A stretch of DNA of 64,000 nucleotides from Rhizaria sp. SCN 62-66 (lineage: Eukaryota), in NCBI GenBank assembly GCA_001724265.1, contig MEDY01000052.1:62001-126000 (forward strand), written 5' to 3'. Each line of letters begins with the position of its first letter. Within the stretch, counting starts at the first letter, position 1. Under the pieces are notes generated by a model. That model did not search any database. It was not told the DNA's origin and saw nothing but the letters and a program-made list of their open reading frames with translations. Below, one piece after another: positions 34,801-46,608 of the stretch. Position numbers and translations under genes: made by a program.

Positions 34801-35350
34801 CTGCGGAGCCAGTCGCCACGGTGGTCGCGAGTGTAGCGCCCGTGAGACCGGAGAGCGTGCGCACAGTAGCGCCGCACAGCAGGGCAATCTCGGACACGCC
34901 GTCGCCGTCCGCGTCGGCGCCCGTGAATGCGGCCGCGACGCTGGCGACGGGGCAAGCGGCGTTGCTGTGAGCTGATGCAGTGAAAGAACGCTCCCAGATC
35001 AAGTCGCCCTGGTCGGCGAACCACAGCCGCAGCACGGTGGCGTTGGCGGCCGCGGAGACGGTAAGCACGGCCTTCTGGTGTGCGGCGAGCGCAAGCGGGA
35101 CCTCGGCCTCGGGCAGCACGCGGCGCCAGCGCACGGCGCCAGAGTTGGGCGCGACCGCAGCGACGACGTGCGAGTCCGTCAGCGCGAGCAGAGTGCCGTC
35201 GGGCTGCAGCACGGAGCGTGTGGGCACGCCGATGTGGTCGCGCAGAAAGAAGTCGCTGCCGTACTCGTCCTCGTGCAGCGCGGAGGCGAACGGCGCAGAC
35301 GCGATGGCGAGCACCAACGCCGCCAGGGCAAGCCACAGCGACAGGCGCAT
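31853..35350 (-). CDS. EMC1: ER membrane protein complex subunit 1
   Basis: Signal peptide then ALHEDEYG...HIG.P, G.V.WR..L, WVREEGLA, D.FG, TSTGRGLTAK, LLDARRP, EEGLVPY, ALESVSLV...GLDL, FDVLADSFD plus a C-terminal TM. Stop TGA. Confidence 0.9.
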   Translation of the reverse strand: MRLSLWLALAALVLAIASAPFASALHEDEYGSDFFLRDHIGVPTRSVLQPDGTLLALTDSHVVAAVAPNSGAVRWRRVLPEAEVPLALAAHQKAVLTVSAAANATVLRLWFADQGDLIWERSFTASAHSNAACPVASVAAAFTGADADGDGVSEIALLCGATVRTLSGLTGATLATTVATGSAAAISTPGKSSVAVCAASALAVLPGGVVAAVCAAPAASALTVAYFSAPGATSASASELSAPAATVTVALPGPVSALAASAALLTVATADGAVLTVTLPATLAAATAAAAAKSLTAAPAPLPTAFKTSGSVTVTAASPVSGTVLVSHPSAGVVALSFSAAAAVTVTATVGPGGVICGVSDSSAAAPLRAFLPPSAADAAPLLQPAPAPAAPVVLPAWAAGRGAVHSCRAGPGARVAAVFADGSAALLSLSLPTVAGAGAGVAALWVREEGLAEIELIKIAPLPSETGLLGAAAAAGARPLLAAPAWLIALLPAALRPSASSGSNSGSSATMGGAGDRKDRFAVPPSGAPSKPAHRDAFGSRQAMVAVTRRGLAVGLASDSGALLWRRYLFAASACDARAVLMATSTPTGTAAGTAVSSSAATVTVSRAQATMWGPNDMVLSLAASFSSAAAQNTAVPSTAESASSTVTVGLAVRLAPWTGALLPAPVLAAAPAPAATAASAPGPAAAAAKLISARACPAFLPLPLLPTTLAAIPEPDSHHAPAAAAADGAPAAVAGVASATGVAAALSGAVARALQAAVALSSPAAAPLTALPSVLFVADASHASDAFLPENNSNKVGSAMRDEGLPVAVVARPDSGVTAARALALLAVPVALTVADRPRGVVSSWSLSAASVAATAAADKSSKGVLCARALPTWGHSVGRGASLAAVAAADAGERIGSAVRVVGDHRGALTKAVDRELLVLAVAAPAGVEVRLLAAATGETRDAWTLAGLAPPLLLAVAENSVTVAGWAPARGRHEVMVIDSYLNNNNNNIANSTGSSGDVVALTQTFTLPHAPRAWVATSTGRGLTAKDLVLATEAGRVIPLSRSLLDARRPLAPTTEDREEGLVPYAPALVVPPAHWLSLNHTLPRARMVVSAPAALESVSLVAVAGLDLYLRRAAPAGLFDVLADSFDAPFLLLTVLAVAAATALAWARVSAKAEEKEWR

Positions 35351-35509
35351 CGCGATCAGACTAGCGAGGGGGAAAGAGGGCGCTGGCCTACTAGAAGACA
35401 AGATGTTCAAGTGTAGATTTTAGATGTAAATGAAAGAATAGTGAGGTATCTCAGACCAAGATTATTTCGCTATTGCACGTTGATATACATGAAATTTTGA
35501 AGGACAAAT

Positions 35510-35573
35510 AAAGTCATGATGACCTACAGCTGGAGGACTGTGGGCAGGCGGGCTTCGTGTCCCGGCTGACTTT
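35510..35573 (+). ncRNA. Candidate box C/D small RNA
   Basis: AAAG-TC-ATGATGA (35516-35522)...CTGA (35566-35569)-CTTT; two internal hairpins (CCTACAG/CTGTGGG and CGGG/CCCG); a GC-rich island in an AT-rich spacer. Confidence 0.35.
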
Positions 35574-36554
35574 CAGGGACATAACTCAACAATAAGGACG
35601 TTGCGGCTCGAACAGCATACGAATCGCGGAATTACACCACAAACCATGTATTAAGTGAAAATTGTGTATGATTTATAACTGCTCTCGAAGCATGGCTGCG
35701 GCGCAGGTGATGGACCAGCCAATTGGTGCCGCTCAAAGTTTGCTGAAGAATCTGAGTTAATCACACTCGTAAATGTTGGCGTTCTGTCTGAATGTTGGCG
35801 GCGCTGCTATGAACACGCTGCGTTGTGGCACCGGGAGCTGGTCATTTTCTTTGGTCTGTGTTTAACCATGTCATATACGAAGTCCGACGAACACCGACTC
35901 CGTTAGTCCGGCAGAAGATTCGTGCTTCCGGCGAGTGTATCCACATGATAATGAAAGGTCATAGAGCTATAGCGCCTTGTAACGGTAGCGTCATGAGGAA
36001 ATATGTCACCACAATGGTCAATTATCATGATTGAGGCTTGTTTGTCTTGCGTTCCAGCTGAGTATTCAAGAGGGCGACGATGCAGATGAGTGAAAATCTA
36101 TCATTAGACATCGTTTTTTTCAATGAAATAAATGTATATTACAGTGAACAAAAGATAAAATATAAATAATCACCATTTGTATCGTAAATCAATATCAAAC
36201 TTTAAATCGGAGGCATTATTACCGAAGATATCATCGGTTCAGTGAGTTTTGACTGTGTTGTGGTTTGGAGGCAGCAGGCTGGCACACGTTCAGAAGGGGC
36301 TCCAAAAGACCTCGTGTATTCTCTCTACGGATCGTCAACATGGTATATGAGGTTTGTTTCACACTGAAGGGGCGTTTTAAAAATCACTTTTATTTCCACA
36401 TTTTTGGGACTCATCCTTATTGTCCTTAACTCTTCGTCATATCAGCGGCCCCTTCCTTTGACCCGTGTAGTTGTGCAAATCTCCGCACCTCGTCCTTTTC
36501 CCGTACCCCCCAGTTTTGTCACGCACCAGGGGCGCGCGCCTCTCCCTCTCCGCG

Positions 36555-39500
36555 ATGGATTTAAGCCGCTCGTTCTGCTTCACGGAGCTCAAGCGCGGCT
36601 ACTCGCGGCCCAACGACGCGCACATTGACCACCGCCGCGGGCTCCTCATCGTCACCAAGCACGCCGGCGCCGGCCAACGCCGCAAAGAGTTTCCCTGCGC
36701 GCACGTGCTCATGCTCGAGCTCGACGGCGGCGCCGCGTCCACCCAGCCCGTTCACGAGGACCTCTTGTCTTTTGACCCGTTTCTCTCCTCTTCCGGCACC
36801 GGTGCGACTGGGGGCTCGGCGGGCTCGACTTCCGCGCCGCCGCCGCCGCCTCCGCGCGCGGGTGGTCCAAACGGCGCGACCCCACTCGTCTCCTTCGGCT
36901 CGCTCACCGTCTCTGGCTCCACCGCGCGCGCGCCCGCCGCCGGCGCCGCCGTTGCCGTTCCCGCGTGTCTCCGCATCACTCTCGGCCCCCCGCCTCAGCC
37001 GCCAGCAACGGGTCTCACTACCCAATCCTCCTCCGCCTCCGCAGCGGCCGCCGCGGCGCCGCAGCAGCGGCTATGGCAGTTTCCCAGCGTGGCCGAGCGC
37101 GACGCCTTTGCCGACATGCTTTGCGCCGCCGCCGCGGTGACCCCACGCGTTATCCACGCGTACTTGCGCCTCGCTGACGCCACAACCGACGCCGTCGACT
37201 CCACCGCGGCTGCCGCTGACTCCGCCGCAACTGCGACTGGCGCGGCCGCGATTCTTGGTGGCGTCGGTGGCGCCACGGGCGCGGATGACGCTGCGGGCTC
37301 GTCGTCGTCGTCGTCGACATCAGGCGCGCAGTCGGCCTGCTCTATCCGCGCGCTGCGGCGTGTTCTCGCCTCGCTCTCAATCGACCTCACTGCTCTCGCC
37401 GTCGCCGCGTGCGCCGCGTCGGGCTCGTCCCACGCCGCTTCGGCCGCGGCGGCGTTGGGCTCCGGCCCCGGCGCGCTCGCTCGGCCGCTCTCTGTAGGCA
37501 CGAACTCCTCTCCCAACGCTCTCACCGGTCCCCCCAGTGCCAGTGCCAGCGCCGGTGCCGGCGCACCTGCGACAGCGGGCCCTGGGCTGGTGTATGCGCG
37601 CGCTGGCAGTGTTTTGACGCCTCCGCCGCGCCCACCCGCTGCCGGCGCCGGCGCCGCCGCCGCGTCCGCCGCTGCAGCCGCCGCCCTGAGCCCCGGCCGC
37701 CTCCGCCGACTGCGCTTCGTCATCGCGGTCGCCACTGCCTCCGTTCCGGTCCCCGCGGCCGCCGCAGTCTCCTCGTCCTTTGCCGCCGCCGCGGCCGCCG
37801 CCGCCGCGGCCGCTGCGACAGCCGCGGGTGTGGCGACGCTCGACGACGTCGTGCTCTGCTACTGGGACTGTCTACGCTTGCTCGCGTGGTTCGCACTCGC
37901 CCCCGGCGCGCTCGCGCCGCAGGCCCCCGGTCCGCTGCAGTGCTCGATGGCCGACGGACGCGACTCGACGGCGCTGCTCGGCCAGCGCGCCGCCGCGCTC
38001 GCGCACTTTGTCGCCGTCACGGCCCCCGTCAGCACGAGCATCAGCAGCGGCAGCGGCGCAAACAGTGGATCTGCACCGGGCGCACACCGTGGTTCTGTCC
38101 TCACGCCGGCGCCGCTATCGGGCTCGGGGGGCGCGGCCACCGCGACCGTCACTGCCGCCGCGGCCGCGTCCGTGGCCGCAGGTGCCGCGGCGTATCTCCA
38201 GGCCGCAGCCGCGAGCACCGGCCTCCGCCTGCCGCAGCGTCCAACGCACGGCAATGCCCACGGTCACGCGCACGGCCTCGGCCCTCACGGCGCGGCCCGC
38301 GGCGCCGGCGGCGCCGGCGCCGGCGCTGACGCGGGGGGCGCGGAGTCATCCGCCTCGGCTGCGTCCGCCGCCGCGTCGGCAGTGGCGGCGGCCTTTGCGG
38401 CGGGCGCGGGCGGCGCTGGCGTGTCGGTCCCGCTATGGTCCGGCGAGCACATTCTCAGCACTGCGCTCGCGGGCTGCCTGACCGAAGTGGCCTCGGCGGC
38501 TTCGCTCACCGGCCAGGGTGCTCCCCGTGCGCGCGTGCACTACGGCACCATGGCGCTGACCAATGCGCGCGTGCTGTTCATCGCGCACCCGCCCGCGCCA
38601 GAGGCTACGGGCGGCGTCGTCGCACCCGCGCCGCGCGATGCCGCCGGCGCCGCGGCCGCCGCTGCCGCTGCGGCTGCGGCCCCGTTCATCGCGGAGATGC
38701 CCGTCGCAGCCGTCGAGGTCGTCTCCAAGACGACCGCCACCGCGGGCACCAGCACCAACAACTCGACCGCGCTGGCGGTAGCAGTGGCGACCGGGTACAC
38801 CAACGCTCTGGCGCGGCTCCCGCGGCTGCGGCTTGTGTCGAAGTTAGGCCGCGAACTCGTGCTTATCCTCCCGCCCGCCACCGCTGTCTCGAGCTCCGGC
38901 GCGAGCACCAACTCCAACTTTGCCAACTTGGACCATCTGTACGCGTTGATCACAGAGCTCGCGTTCCCCGGTGACCAGCGCCGTTTATTCGCGTTCCGCC
39001 ACCGGTGGCCCGCGCCCGCGCTCGACGGCTTCCCGCTGCACCCACGTCTTAACGGCTGGGAGCTCTACTCCCCCCAGCGCGAGTACACCCGCTTGGGACT
39101 GCGCGCCAGTCACCCGCGCTTCCGCTGGTGCACGGCCAACGCCAACTACTCCCTCTCGCCAACCTACCCGGCGCTGCTCGTGGTGCCGCGCGCGGTTGAC
39201 GACGCCGCGGTCGCCAAGGTCGCCGCCTTCCGCTCCCGCGGCCGGCTGCCCGCCGTGGTGTATATGCACGCGGCCACGGGCGCAACCATCAGCCGTTGCG
39301 CGCAGCCGCTGGTCGGCCCTGGCGGTAACTCGTGCCTCGCGGATGAGATCCTCGTGTCTTTGCTGCGCGAAGGCAACCCCAGCAATGCTGGCGTGTTGTA
39401 TCTCCTTGACGCGCGTCCGTTTAAGGCAGCCGTTGGGAACCGGCTTATGGGCAAGGGTAGCGAGGACGTCTCGCGCTACCGCGGCACTGTTCTGCACTAC

Positions 39501-42500
39501 CTCGGTATCGACAACATCCATGCAGTCACATCCGCGCTGCGCCAGCTCCGCGAGCTCCTGGGCACTGCGCCCTCGGCTTCGGGCGACGCCGCCGCCGCTG
39601 CCGGCGCCGCGGGTGGCTCCGCGCTGGCCGCGCTGCTCGCATCCGAGTCAGGCGCCGGGCTCGCAGTCGCCCGCGGTGCGAGTTACATTGATTTGCCCGA
39701 CCCGCACGTGCAGCCCGGCACGGCCGCGTCGGCCGCGGTCGCCGTCGCCGCCGCCGCCGTCGCCGCCCAGGCGCCGCGCGTGATCTCGCACAACGGCCAC
39801 GGCGGCGGCGTCGGCGGCGCGGCGGGCGCGAGCTACGCGGGCTCCGGGCTCGCTCCCGGCAGCGGCACCGCGGCGGCCGCGGCGGCTGTCATGGCGAGCA
39901 CCAACACGGAGCCTGCGGCGACGCGCGGCGTCAGTGACTCGCGCTGGCAGCGGCTGCTGACGCTCATCCTGGCGTCCTCCGCCCGGCTCGCGCGCCACAT
40001 CTCCGAAGAGGGCGCCAGTGCGCTGATCCACTGCTCCGACGGGTGGGACCGGACGTCGCAGCTCTCGGCGCTGGGGCAGATCATGCTCGACCCTTACTAC
40101 CGCACGCGCGCCGGGTTCGCCGTCGTTGTCGAGAAAGAGTGGCTGTCGTTCGGACACAAGTTTGCGCACCGACACGGCCACGCGTCGGCCAATATCGCCG
40201 ATGACCAGCGGTCCCCTGTGTTCCTGCAGTTCCTCGACTGCGTGTACCAGATGCAGCGCCAGCACCCCGCCGCGTTCGAGCTCAACGAGGCCTATCTCAT
40301 CGCCCTTGCTGAGGCCGTGACGTCGGCACGGTTCGGTACGTTCCTGTTTGATTCCGAGCAAGAGCGCGTGTCTGCCGGTCTGCGCCACCACACCTCCTCG
40401 GTCTGGACCTACTTAGCGCACCCAGCGACGGCAGCCAAGTTTGCGAACCCCGGCTACGACCCGGCTCTGTCGCCCGCGCCGCTCTTCCCCGACTGCTCCG
40501 GCCGCAAGACCGTGCTCTGGGAAGCTCTGCACCTTGGCAACAGTCCGCACCGGCCGTACGCGCACGCGCACACGTCGCTCGTCCCCGCAAGCGCGCTTAC
40601 GCACGCGGTCAAGGCCATGCAGCCGCGCGCCGACAGCAGCGCCACTGCCAACAACGGCAACAACAACGGAAACGACGACGACGACGACGGGGAGGACGCA
40701 CCGGGCGCTGCGACCGCCGGGAGCGTGCCGCCGCCCGCGGCGGTGCTCGGCGGACCCGACGCCGCGCTGTCCCGGCTGGCTCTCAAGTATGCAGCGCTGT
40801 ACGAGCGCGCGCGCGCGGCCGGCGTCGACCTCTCCGGTCTGGACTTCAACAGCGAGAGTGCCGCCGGGACCTCAAGTCCTCCCACGGGTCCACCCGCAGG
40901 TACTAGCGGTACGGGTGAGCCGCACGTGGTGTGGGATCCGTACCCCGCGCCCGGCGCGCCAGGTATGGCCTCTCTCTCGTCTTTCCCACCCGCCTCGGCC
41001 GCGCCCTCGCTTGCCACCTCCTACGCTCTCATCTCGCACACCCCCGCCAGCAGTCAAAGCAACAGCAGTAGCAGCGACGCCATGCGAGTGCGTGCGACGG
41101 TGGCGGCGCGTGACTGCGGCGGCGTCGCAGGCGTGCCCGTACCGTGCCCCGCGGCCGTGTTGTGTAACTCGTTTGCGACCCCGGCGCAGTCGCTCGGCGC
41201 GCTTTCGCTGCCGCTGTACCTCTCCCGCGTCGAGACGCCCGCCGTGGCCGCTTTGGCCGCCGCGGCCGCGGGCGCCGCGCCCGGTCTGCCGCCCCGCGCC
41301 GTGAGCCCCACGCCCGGCTCCGGCCCCACCAGTGGGGCAGCGACCGCGGACAACAACGCAGAGCAGCGCACTGCGCTTGTGGTCACGTCCGCAGGTCTGC
41401 GCTTTGCACACTTACCGCCCGCAGACTCCACCGAGGCATTCGTGCTCGCGGCCGACCCGAACGCTGACGCCGCCTCTGGGGGCGCTGTAGCTGCATCAGG
41501 CCGCGGTGCGACGGAGACAGCGCGCGAGGTTGAGTCCACCGCCCCGCCGCCTCCGCCGCCGCCTGTGGTGCCCGTTGCGGGCTACCGCGGCGTCGGCATT
41601 GGCGCCGGCGGCCGTTTCTCCATCCTTCCACCGCCCGCCGCGCCCGCTCCCGCTGGCGCCGGGGCTGCGACCGCGGATGCCTCCGCCCTCAACAGCGGCG
41701 GCGGCGGCATCGGCGTGCGTAGCAGCGTGTTCGCGCCTGGTGCTTTCGCAGGCACCACGTTCGGGGCTGTTCGGGGCACGCGCTCTGCCTCTATCATCAC
41801 ACCCAGCCCCGCGCCCGCCCACGCACACGCGCACGCACACGGCAAGCCCGGTTCCGCCGCCGGCGCGCCCCCTGCTGCCCCCGCCGCCTCTGCTCTGCGC
41901 GGTGGGCTTGGTGCAAGTGAGGGATTCCTGTCTTCATCATCGTCGTCCTCGGCTTCGACTGGCGCTGGCGCCGGCGCTGTCGGATATGGCGCCGGCTACG
42001 GCGACGAGCCGAGCAGCAGCGAGGACGACGGCTACGGCGGCGGCGACGACAGCGACGGCGACGACACCCCTGCCCCGGCTGCTGCTGCTGCTGCTCCTGC
42101 TGCAACCGCAGCTGCTGGCGCTGGTGCGATTGCGGGGACGCGCGGCGGCCTTGCGGGCCCTCGCGGGAGTAATGGCGGCGTGTCGCGCAACCCCTATGTG
42201 GGTCCTGAGCCTGACACGTACTCGCCTGTCCCCACGCCGGGCCTCGGCTCTAACTCAGTCGTCACCGGCGTCAACGCAGGCGCGGGCGTCAACGCAGGTT
42301 TCCCGCTGCCGCCGCCCCCGCCCGCCTCGGCACGCCCCACCGGTGTCGGTTCTGGCGCTGGCGCGGGCGTGGGCGCTGGGGTGGGCGCAGGTGCGGGCGT
42401 CAGTGCCAGTCTCGGCGGAGTGCGATCCCCCACAGCGGCGTCCTCGGCGGCGGCGGGAGGAGGCCACTTCTACACGGTCACGGGGTCAACTGGCTCTGCG

Positions 42501-42699
42501 ACTGGGAGTGCGACTGCGCAGCAGCCGCCGCCGCCCCCCTTTGCGCCTCCACCGGCTGCGGCTGCACTTATGCCCGCTGCTGCGCCCGTACCTGCACCTG
42601 CGGAGAGTCGGAGGTTTTATTCGCAGCCTCTGGCGCAGCAGCAGCCTCCGTCGCCGCCGCTCTCTCCCACCTCCACCTCCACCTCCGGCCCGCCCCCGC

Positions 42700-42733
<34 letters not shown>

Positions 42734-43463
42734 TGGCAGTAGCGGCAGCGGCAGTGGCAGTGGCAGTGCGAGCGCGTACGCCACTATCGCGCCGCCGTCG
42801 CCCGCCGCGCACCAGCATCCGCACCCGCACCGCCCGCCGCAGTCCCCCAGCCCCAGCGCCAGCGCCAGCGCGACAGCGACAGGGCCGGCTGCGGCTGCGG
42901 CTGCGGTGCCTGGAGCTGGGCGTGGCGTGGGCGGCGCGTCGCCCGCGCCGGTGAGCGGCAGCAGCGGCGGGACGCGGTCCAGCGGCGGCAGCAGCGGCGC
43001 GAGTAGCATCGGCGGCAGCGCGCCGCGCACCAAGTGGGTTCTGGCCACTGGCGGCAGTAACTACAACAGCGGCAGCAACACGAATACCAACAGCTCGAAC
43101 TCGCCGTCGTCTGCGGGGGCCAGCGCGGGAAGCGTGCCGCCTCCGCCGCCGCAGTCCCAGCCCCCGTTGCAGGTGCAGCAGCAGCGGCCGTCGCAGCAGC
43201 CATCGCAGCCGCCGCCGTCGCCGCCGCCGCCGACGCCGCCGCCCTTCCCCGTCCCCGGCCAGGCCGCCGCGCGGCCGGCGCAGACTGGGGCGCCCCCGGT
43301 GCTGCCGCCGCGCAACAAGCTCATGGGGACCGCTCTGCCGCTGCCGCCGTCGCCGTCGCCGTCATCGCTCGCGGGCCAGGTGCAGCAGGAGAGTGATGAG
43401 CCTCCAGTGCAACAACAAATCCCCAAGGCAAGGCAGTGGCCGAGCGTGGGGAACACCATGTGA
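36555..43463 (+). CDS. Myotubularin-family phosphoinositide 3-phosphatase (~2300 aa, large low-complexity insertions, Pro-rich tail)
   Basis: GRAM-like GTMALTNARVLF, GWELY...EY.RLG, NANYSLSPTYP, FRSRGRLP, RCAQPLVG, DARP, NIH, active-site IHCSDGWDRT, LDPYYRT, EKEWLSFGHKF, SPVFLQFLDCVYQ, FGTFL. The 5' end is uncertain (possible short exon at 36340). Stop TGA. Confidence 0.92.
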
Positions 43464-43690
43464 GAAATTAATAATAGTTCCGCCATAGATCCGTTAATCC
43501 AAAGTTTAGTTTTATTAGCAACAACTCTCTGCCACAATACACCTTTAATCAAAATAATTATTCTTAGATTCCGCACTAACCCCATTTTATCGACTTGGAT
43601 ACTTCTCTCCTTTGCACTCCGTTTGTTGCTGCTTTTGTCGCAGTTCTCTCCCTCTTTCCGGACCCAAGCTCCGAGTGTTTTGTCCTGCAG

Positions 43691-45976
43691 ATGGACCGCC
43701 GCGCTGCCACCCTGGTTGAGCTCACCAACCTTTCCGCGGCCCCCGCGCACGGCGACTCGGTGCTGCGCGACGCGTGCCGCCGCGGCGACGTTACTTCAGC
43801 CACGAAAGCCCTGACTCGTGGTGCCAACGCGTCCTCGCGCGACTCAGACGGTGAAACGCCGCTCCACGCGGCCGCACTCGGAGGTCACTCGCGTCTGGTT
43901 GAGCTTTTGCTTTAGGCGGGCGCTGATCCGTCTGCAGCGGCTTTCGCGACTCTGGAGACGCCGCTGCACTACGCAGTGTTGGCAAACCACCTCGCCGCCG
44001 CCGCCGCGCTCCTGCTCTCCCCCGCCTCCTCCACCGCGGCCCCCGCGTCAGCCTCGGCGCTTCGCGGCTCCGCGCGGGGTGCTCTGTGCGCGCGCGACGC
44101 TGTGGGCCGGTCAGCGCTGTACTGCGCGGTTATGATGGGCCGGCCTGCGTTGGTGCGGCTGCTGCTGGGTTGCGGCGCCGACCCTAACGAGGCCGGCGGG
44201 GCTTACGGGCACTCGCTCATCTGGACCGCGGCGTACTACGCGCAGCCAGAGTGTCTGCAGCTGCTGCTTGCGGCGGGAGCCTCGCTGACACCAAAGCAAT
44301 CCTCGCACTCTCCTGAGCACACATCGGCTGAGGGCAAGACTGCAACGGCCGCTGCGGCGCCTCACAGGAGTCCGATCGACGGCGCGAGCGCTGCGGCCGC
44401 GTCAGGCGCGCTGCCTGACGCTGCCTCTGCGGCCGCTGTTAGTCTCGCTGATGCCCTAGGCAAGCTCACAATCACCGAGGCCAACGCCGACAAATCCGAT
44501 GCTGCGGCGGCGACTGGTGGCTTTGTGTCATCATCGAGTCCTGTGTCGACGGGGCCTCGCTCGCCTGCGCCGCTGCTGGGCGCCGCGATCGCGATGCGCT
44601 CGTCCAACAGCGACCTCCGCGTTCCCGTGACCAGCAGTGGCAGCGGCGATGCGCGTGGCTCCAGCCTCGGTCACGGTCGCGGTCACGCGAATGTAAATAG
44701 CCTGTCAAGTGCAGGGTCGCTCGAGTTTGAGCACGTTGCGCTACCGGGCGACTACAGCGCGGGCTCAGAGGGCGACGACAGCAAGGACCACAGCGGCGGA
44801 CCCGCGTTTATAACCGCGACTACCGTGGCTGTCGCAGTACCAGGGAATGGCAGTGCACTTGCGCCGCCCCAGCAGTCTGCGACGACGGCGACGATGACCG
44901 TGGCGAATCACGTCCAGTTCGTGCCGCCGTCTGAGGACAGCTATTTCCCGCTTGAAGCCGCCGCGCGCTCTGGTGACGCGCCCACGGTTGCGCTTGTGCT
45001 GCTCGCCGCCGCGCGCACAGAGGCCGAGGCGAACGCCGCCGCGTCACCACAAGCAACGTCATCATCTTTGTCAAGTCCTTCTTTTGCTGCCACGGTTGCT
45101 GGCTGGTTCTCGGCCGCCACTGCAGCCGTTACAGGCTTTAGCGCCGCCGACAACACCGCTGCGGACACTGCTACAGACGCTGACGGCGCCGAGCTGCGCG
45201 CCGACGCCGCCGCCGTGGTCGCCGCCGCATGCTCCAGCCTGCCGCGTGCGCCTGCGGTCGACGAGCCCACGCGCGCGCGCGCCGCGGCCGCGCTGGCCCG
45301 CCTGCGCGCGAGCGCCGCCGTGCGCGCCGCGCTGTCGGCATCGAACCCTGCCGCGGGGGGCTCGTTCCCGCTGTGGACGGCCGCAGCAGGCGGCCACGTG
45401 CCCGTCGCGGCGGTGCTGCTGGCGGCCGGCGCCGCTGCGGGGCAGCGCCACGTCGTTTCGGGAGGCACGCCGCTGCATTGCGCGGCCGGCGACGTCGCTG
45501 GCGCGCTGGGCGGGGGACCGGGCGCCTCGGGCGCGGGGGCCCCCGGCGGCGGGCGCGCCGCGGCCGAACTCGTGGCACTATTGACTCGCTGCGGCGGCTC
45601 TGGCTCGGGGTCTGGGCTAGAGGCGCGCGACCGGCGCGGACGCACTGCGCTCCACACTGCGGCGGCGCGCGTGGAGCCTTCGGTGGTCTCTGCACTCCTG
45701 CGCGCGGGCGCAGACCCATTGGCGGAGGATACCATCGGGCTGACGCCGCTTGGAGTAGCGCGCGACGCGGGCGCGGAGGGACTCACCAAGGCCATGCTGC
45801 TGCGCGCGACCAGGGCTGCGCTGGACGCACGCAGGGCTGGAAAGCATTCGCAACAACAGCAGCATTCGCAGCAACAGCAACAGCAGCAGCTGCAGCAGCA
45901 GCTGCAGCAGAAGCAGAGAGGACCTACAAAGAAGCGCGCTGGCTACGAGGAAGAGGAAGAAGAAGAGGAGCAGTGA
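43691..45976 (+). CDS. Ankyrin-repeat protein with one in-frame TAG (43913-43915) and a poly-Q/poly-E C-terminus
   Basis: GETPLHAAALGGHSRLVELLL[TAG]AGADP, then ETPLHYAV, GRSALYCA...LLLGCGADPN, GGTPLHCAA, GRTALHTAA, GLTPL. ORFs 43595-43915 and 43976-45976 share a frame with no other stop between them. Stop TGA. Confidence 0.87.
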
Positions 45977-46608
45977 AGCAACTCTTTGCTTAGTGAGTTT
46001 ACTCGTAGAATTGCTATCCATGCGTATCGACTGATCTTGTAAGCATATGAAACGCTGTAGTGTAGACAAAGAATGCGCATATAGAGTCAGAATATGAAGA
46101 ACTACATTACATATTCACTCACGAATAGAGAATTGAGAAAGCGTCAAAATGACGTTTACATTGTGCGCAAACAAAATATCGATCGCCACCTTCAAATAAT
46201 AATGTCTGTTCACATACACTCCGCACCACATTAAATACGACAACTGATGGTAGTGACAATAATCAGACATTTAGCGTATATACGCATGTTCGACTAAGTA
46301 TAATTTGCTGTATTGTTAGAATCAGGAGTAAATCAATAAATACCTGCGCATGAATGACTGTTTGTGACAGTGAAAGACGCGTGTCACCTAGCAAAGAGTG
46401 GCCGGTACACCGGACACTACACTTGCTTGCGAAACAATGCGCCTCAAATAAATTTGGTTAAAATTATTATGAGCTGCTTCAACTATTGTTCATTCTACTG
46501 TGTGTCGTGTCGCGCGAGCATTTCATTGTACTCACGTTCACAGTGCACAACTGGTGAAATCAATGACAAAGCAAAGCAAAGCAAACAAAGCAAGGCAAGG
46601 CAAGGTGT

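Noticed and set aside
36468-36470. TAG in frame just upstream of the myotubularin ORF
   Set aside because: An in-frame TGA sits three codons earlier; more likely a splice acceptor or non-coding, so it was not counted.
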